Shown: positions 59,921 to 64,000 of the stretch, piece after piece
How positions within the stretch are numbered: position 1 is the first letter of the stretch
Layout of the letters: every line of letters starts with the position of its first letter
From: Promethearchaeota archaeon
GTDB lineage: Archaea; Asgardarchaeota; Lokiarchaeia; Sigyniarchaeales; SOKP01
Length of the DNA stretch: 64,000 bases
Reading direction: 5' to 3'
NCBI GenBank assembly: GCA_029838195.1
Contig: JALGVJ010000006.1
Span: 32,001 to 96,000 of the forward strand
The notes under the pieces: generated by a model
Databases searched by the model: none
What the model saw: only the letters and a program-made list of their open reading frames with translations
What the model was told of the DNA's origin: nothing
Translations under genes and position numbers: made by a program

Positions 59921-60208
59921 GTGGTTGAGAAAAACTTGGATGTATATTACGTGTATATCTTGGAAACGATATCAGAAAATGGAGATAAGCATTATTACAC
60001 GGGACATACAAAAGATCTTTTCACGCGAATAAAAAAGCAACATGGAAAAGGACACGGTGCGAGATTTTGCCGGAATAAAAAAAAGATTTCCTTGGAATAT
60101 TTTGAATCCTTCTTAACAAAAAAAGAGGCCATGAGGCGAGAATTAGAAATAAAATCGTTTTCTAAAAAAAAGAAAGAAGAATTAATCAAGAACTTTAATG
60201 AGAGATGA
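59921..60208 (+). CDS. GIY-YIG nuclease family protein (UPF0213-like)
   Basis: YVYIL..YYTGHTKDL..R, HG.G.GARF, EAMRRELEIK. Confidence 0.9.
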   Translation: MVEKNLDVYYVYILETISENGDKHYYTGHTKDLFTRIKKQHGKGHGARFCRNKKKISLEYFESFLTKKEAMRRELEIKSFSKKKKEELIKNFNER

Positions 60209-61001
60209 ACCCTTCTTGCCCAAACTAAAGAATTTTCTCATTTGTTTGACGGGATTACCGGCGAGTGGCAAATCTTTTTTTGCGAAGAAGTTGAAGGAGG
60301 ATTTAACCTGCCAGCAATCAAATGTTAGTGTAAAAATTATCGATCCCGACCTCATTCGAGCCGCCATTCAAGAGGAGGGATTTGATCCTCGTAAAGAAAA
60401 ACTTGTTAGGAAAAAGAATTTGGAATTAATTAGAAAATACTTGAAAGAGGGTCATGTTGTTATTAGCGATGATCTAAATTATTACACGAGCATGAGACAT
60501 GACCTCAAACAAATTGCTGATGATTTAAAGATCAAATTTATCATCCTTCACATCTCCACACCGGTTCAAACCTGTGTAAAATGGAACGAAAAACGAGGAC
60601 GTCCCATCCCGGATCATCTCATTCATGATATAGCTAATAAATTTGATAAATTTGGCAAATATCAATGGGATCAACCCTTCCAAGTGCTTGATTTATCTAC
60701 GATTACGGATATCGATGCATTCATGAGAAGTTTCATTCCAAAATTGGTTGAAAAAGTCCATGAGATAAGAGAGATTGAAGGCATATCAACTTTATCCTCA
60801 CATTCTGCTCATGAAAAATTAGATCAGAAAACAAGGTTACTCGTAGGCTCAATATTAAAGCAAGAGAAATATAAATCCCATAAGAATGCCATCCTCGATT
60901 TCCGAAAGCGATTCTTGAAACAATACTTGGACGTTCCTTTGGAAGATTTTGAATTAGAAAAAGAATTTAAAAAACAATTACATGAATTCTTAAATATTTG
61001 A
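60198..61001 (+). CDS. pstK: O-phosphoseryl-tRNA(Sec) kinase (PSTK)
   Basis: GLPASGKS, DLIR, DDLNYYTSMRHDL, NEKRG..IP, KFD..GKYQWDQPF, as in archaeal PSTK. Confidence 0.85.
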   Translation: MRDEPFLPKLKNFLICLTGLPASGKSFFAKKLKEDLTCQQSNVSVKIIDPDLIRAAIQEEGFDPRKEKLVRKKNLELIRKYLKEGHVVISDDLNYYTSMRHDLKQIADDLKIKFIILHISTPVQTCVKWNEKRGRPIPDHLIHDIANKFDKFGKYQWDQPFQVLDLSTITDIDAFMRSFIPKLVEKVHEIREIEGISTLSSHSAHEKLDQKTRLLVGSILKQEKYKSHKNAILDFRKRFLKQYLDVPLEDFELEKEFKKQLHEFLNI

Positions 61002-61121
61002 TAGGGGAAAAATTGAAAATGAAACATTTTTTTTACTCTAATAGTATATTCATGAAAATAAAAACACGAAATTTTTTTACTTGATCATTAAATGAATAAA
61101 TTTTTTCGAGCATAATTCAAA

Positions 61122-63404
61122 ATGGAAGGAAGCTCATTTAATAGCACTATAAAATTAAGAGTAGAACGGTTAGAAAAGAATCGCAGTGGAAGAAGGTTAT
61201 GCTACGTGGACCAAGCCGTCATGGAAGAATTAGGCTTAGTCACGGGAGATATCATCGAAATTATTGGAAAGAAAACCACGGCAGGTATTGCGGTAGCCAG
61301 CGTGGCGGACAGAGGTTCAAGAATCATAAAGTTAGACGGCATTCAGCGATTAAATGCGGGCGTGACCATTGGCGAGCTGGCAACCATACGAAAAGCAGAA
61401 GTATATCTCGCAGAAAGAGTGGTCTTAAGTCCTACAAAAGCAAATATTGATATTAAACGGCAAGCTGAAGCAATTAAAGCCAAATTGATTGATAAACCGG
61501 TAGTCACTGGAGATATCGTAGATATCGTGGGGACATTCACGATTCGCAAGTCAGAAGATGACCCCATGGAAGACTTAATGAAAATGATGCCTTTTTTCAG
61601 GGGTGGGAAAAGAGGTCCCACGCTCGGCACGTTAAGATTAGTAGTGGAAGAAACTTCCCCATCCGGGTGCGTGGTTAAGATTGATCGCAAGACCGTCATT
61701 AAAGTGACAAAAAAGGTCGTGCTCTTAAGTTCCTCAGGGGATGTTTACACTTACGACGATGTTGGAGGTTTAACGGAAGCCATTCAAAAAATTCGAGAAA
61801 TTATTGAACTTCCATTAAAACATCCGGAACTCTTTCAAAGATTAAATATAGAACCTCCAAAGGGCGTTTTGTTTACGGGGCCTCCTGGAACGGGAAAAAC
61901 ATTAATGGCAAAAGCCGTTTCTCAAGAATCTAATGCTAATTTTTTCACAATAAATGGTCCGGAAATTATGAGCAAGTTTTATGGAGCAAGTGAAGGAAAT
62001 TTACGGGCAATTTTCGAAAAAGCAGAGCGAAATGCACCCTCCATCATATTCATAGATGAAATTGACTCAATAGCTCCAAAGAGAGAAGAGATTACGGGAG
62101 AAGTGGAGCGGAGAGTTGTTGCTCAACTCTTGAGTTTAATGGATGGCTTGAAGGGAAGGGAAGACGTAATATGTATTGGAGCTACCAACCGAATTGATTC
62201 CCTCGACCCCGCACTTCGAAGACCGGGAAGATTTGATAGAGAAATCACGTTCGGAGTCCCTGATAGAACCGCCCGCAAGGAAATTTTTCAAATCCATACC
62301 CGTGGCATGCCTTTAAAAGAAGATGTCAATCTCGATAAGTATGCAGAAATCACGTATGGCTACGTGGGTGCCGACATCATGGCAGTTTGTAGAGAAGCAG
62401 CGATGTTTGCGTTGCGGAAAATCTTGCCCAAGATTGATCTTGATGAGCCAATTCCCAGCGAGATCATCCAAGAGCTAAAAATTTCGGACGAGGATTTCAT
62501 AAAAGCTATAAACATTATTAAGCCGAGTGCCATGAGGGAGATCATTATTGAAGTGCCGAATGTATCATGGGATGATATAGGAGGACTTCATGAAGTGAAA
62601 CAAGAGTTAATAGAAGCCGTTCAATGGCCATTAAACTATCCTCATCTTTTTAAAAAAGCCGGAATACGTCCGCTTAACGGCATCCTCTTATTTGGACCAC
62701 CCGGCTGTGGAAAAACGCTATTAGCGAAAGCTGTAGCCACGGAAAGCAAATCCAATTTCATATCGGTAAAAGGTCCCGAAATCTATTCCAAGTGGGTAGG
62801 GGAAAGTGAGAAAAGAATAAGAGAGATCTTCACGAAAGCACGACAAGTAGCGCCGGCGGTGATCTATTTCGATGAAATCGAAGCGTTAGCTTATGGAAGA
62901 GGATCAAATCAAGGATCTCACGTGTATGACTCCGTTATAAATCAACTATTAGTAGAATTAGATGGTATTGAAAACCGCAAGGGAGTGGTGGTAATTGCAA
63001 GCACCAACCGACCAGATATCGTGGATCCTGCCCTATTAAGGCCCGGACGTTTTGATCGCTTGGTTTTCGTGGAAGCTCCCAATTTAGAAGGAAGGGAAGA
63101 AATATTGAAAGTACACACTAAAAACATGCCCTTGGCGGAAGATGTTTCCCTTAAGAAAATAGCCTTGCTCACGGAAGGGTTTTCTGGCGCTGACATAGAA
63201 AATTTATGTCGCGAGGCGGGCATGAACGCGATTAGAAGGAAGATGGAGGATTTTGATAAAGTAGAGCTTCAAGATTTTGAAAAAGCGCTCTCTAAAATTA
63301 AATCCACCTTACCCAAAGAAGTCGTCGAGAGATACATTGAAATGGCGAAACAAATAACCAAATCTCGCAACATTGCCGAACCGAAGGCTGATTTATATCG
63401 ATAA
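61122..63404 (+). CDS. cdc48: Cdc48/p97/VAT AAA+ ATPase
   Basis: N-domain plus two AAA modules: [19 protein letters not shown] and [19 protein letters not shown]. Confidence 0.97.
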   Translation: MEGSSFNSTIKLRVERLEKNRSGRRLCYVDQAVMEELGLVTGDIIEIIGKKTTAGIAVASVADRGSRIIKLDGIQRLNAGVTIGELATIRKAEVYLAERVVLSPTKANIDIKRQAEAIKAKLIDKPVVTGDIVDIVGTFTIRKSEDDPMEDLMKMMPFFRGGKRGPTLGTLRLVVEETSPSGCVVKIDRKTVIKVTKKVVLLSSSGDVYTYDDVGGLTEAIQKIREIIELPLKHPELFQRLNIEPPKGVLFTGPPGTGKTLMAKAVSQESNANFFTINGPEIMSKFYGASEGNLRAIFEKAERNAPSIIFIDEIDSIAPKREEITGEVERRVVAQLLSLMDGLKGREDVICIGATNRIDSLDPALRRPGRFDREITFGVPDRTARKEIFQIHTRGMPLKEDVNLDKYAEITYGYVGADIMAVCREAAMFALRKILPKIDLDEPIPSEIIQELKISDEDFIKAINIIKPSAMREIIIEVPNVSWDDIGGLHEVKQELIEAVQWPLNYPHLFKKAGIRPLNGILLFGPPGCGKTLLAKAVATESKSNFISVKGPEIYSKWVGESEKRIREIFTKARQVAPAVIYFDEIEALAYGRGSNQGSHVYDSVINQLLVELDGIENRKGVVVIASTNRPDIVDPALLRPGRFDRLVFVEAPNLEGREEILKVHTKNMPLAEDVSLKKIALLTEGFSGADIENLCREAGMNAIRRKMEDFDKVELQDFEKALSKIKSTLPKEVVERYIEMAKQITKSRNIAEPKADLYR

Positions 63405-63662
63405 TTAGAGGATCTCATGTATATAATTCCGGGAGGGTTTTTTTCAAGAGTTCCAATAGGATTTCCTCACTTCATAAGTGTTGAATAGCGGAACTCTTAA
63501 GATTTTTCTATTTTGATCATAGTTCTCCATCACTAAATCCTCAGGGATTGCGGATTTAAAAATCCTGGAACTTTTTTCCGATTCAATTCAATTTAAAAGC
63601 TAGAGGAATCTAATATAAATATTAATAATGTTAAAATTAATGCAGGAAAAGTTAAAGAGAAA

Positions 63663-64000
63663 ATGAGTGAAATTAAAATAAATTGGGAAGGACATGTTCA
63701 AAAATATCAGCAAGCCATGGAAGAGCTGAATTTAGATTTTTGCGTGCTCACGCGAGTAAAATCCATAACCTATTTAACGGGATGTTTTGTTCCTTGGAAA
63801 AGTTATATTTTCTTACCAAAAGAAGGACACGGGCTCCCGATCTTATATACGGTATTGTTAGATGTGGAACGAATCAAGGCAGAAAAGCAATCAAATATCG
63901 AAATCCAAGGTTGGGGCCCCATGAAAGGATTTTTTTGGGAAAAAAAAATGCAATCGGCGGCTAAAAAAGCCGGCGTGTATGAACCGAAAGGAAGAACCCC
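63663..64000 (+). CDS. Xaa-Pro peptidase / creatinase N-terminal domain protein (M24 family); 3'-partial
   Basis: Manual translation MSEIKINWEGHVQKYQQAMEELNLDFCVLTRVKSITYLTGCFVPW... open to the window end. Confidence 0.7.
   Translation, partial: MSEIKINWEGHVQKYQQAMEELNLDFCVLTRVKSITYLTGCFVPWKSYIFLPKEGHGLPILYTVLLDVERIKAEKQSNIEIQGWGPMKGFFWEKKMQSAAKKAGVYEPKGRT

Noticed and set aside
59921-60208. GIY-YIG protein as a homing endonuclease or mobile element
   Set aside because: Short stand-alone UPF0213-type protein with no intron, intein or DNA-binding extension
539-63223. Numerous 60-137 aa ORFs antisense to or nested in long genes
   Set aside because: Shadow ORFs of well-supported genes without independent evidence
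63683-63964. 93 aa ORF in the track
   Set aside because: Wrong frame; the overlapping frame from ATG 63663 encodes an M24 peptidase-like N-terminus running off the window

Overview
Chromosomal window from an AT-rich Asgard archaeon, most likely Lokiarchaeia (Promethearchaeota). The assignment rests on a Loki-type profilin, four Rab/Ras-like small GTPases, longin/uDENN-like proteins, eL38, a thermosome, Cdc48 and the selenocysteine-pathway kinase PSTK. Main blocks: (i) translation and housekeeping genes (truD, pth2, NusA-like, rpl38e, rpl40e, thermosome, argS-speB-dys); (ii) scattered catabolic genes; (iii) a ~12.8 kb minus-strand hdrCB-hdrA/A'-mvhD-hdrA-flxDCBA-frhB-like electron-bifurcation operon; (iv) a ~5 kb cluster (52.4-57.1 kb) with two tandem Cys-rich proteins, three Rab-like GTPases, a thioredoxin, a V4R protein, a membrane-anchored FYVE/rabphilin-like 8-Cys zinc finger and a Zn-ribbon protein. 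Block (iv) is my best candidate for an undescribed system. Features missing from the ORF track: rpl40e, a decayed TnpB remnant beside a dispersed ~84 bp repeat, two genes that appear to need non-canonical start codons (ATT/GTA, ATC), a perfect 62 bp tandem duplication, and an 18 bp palindrome between the hdr operon and the Cys-rich genes. No rRNA, tRNA or CRISPR array was recognised. All family assignments come from motif recognition by eye; no database searches were run.
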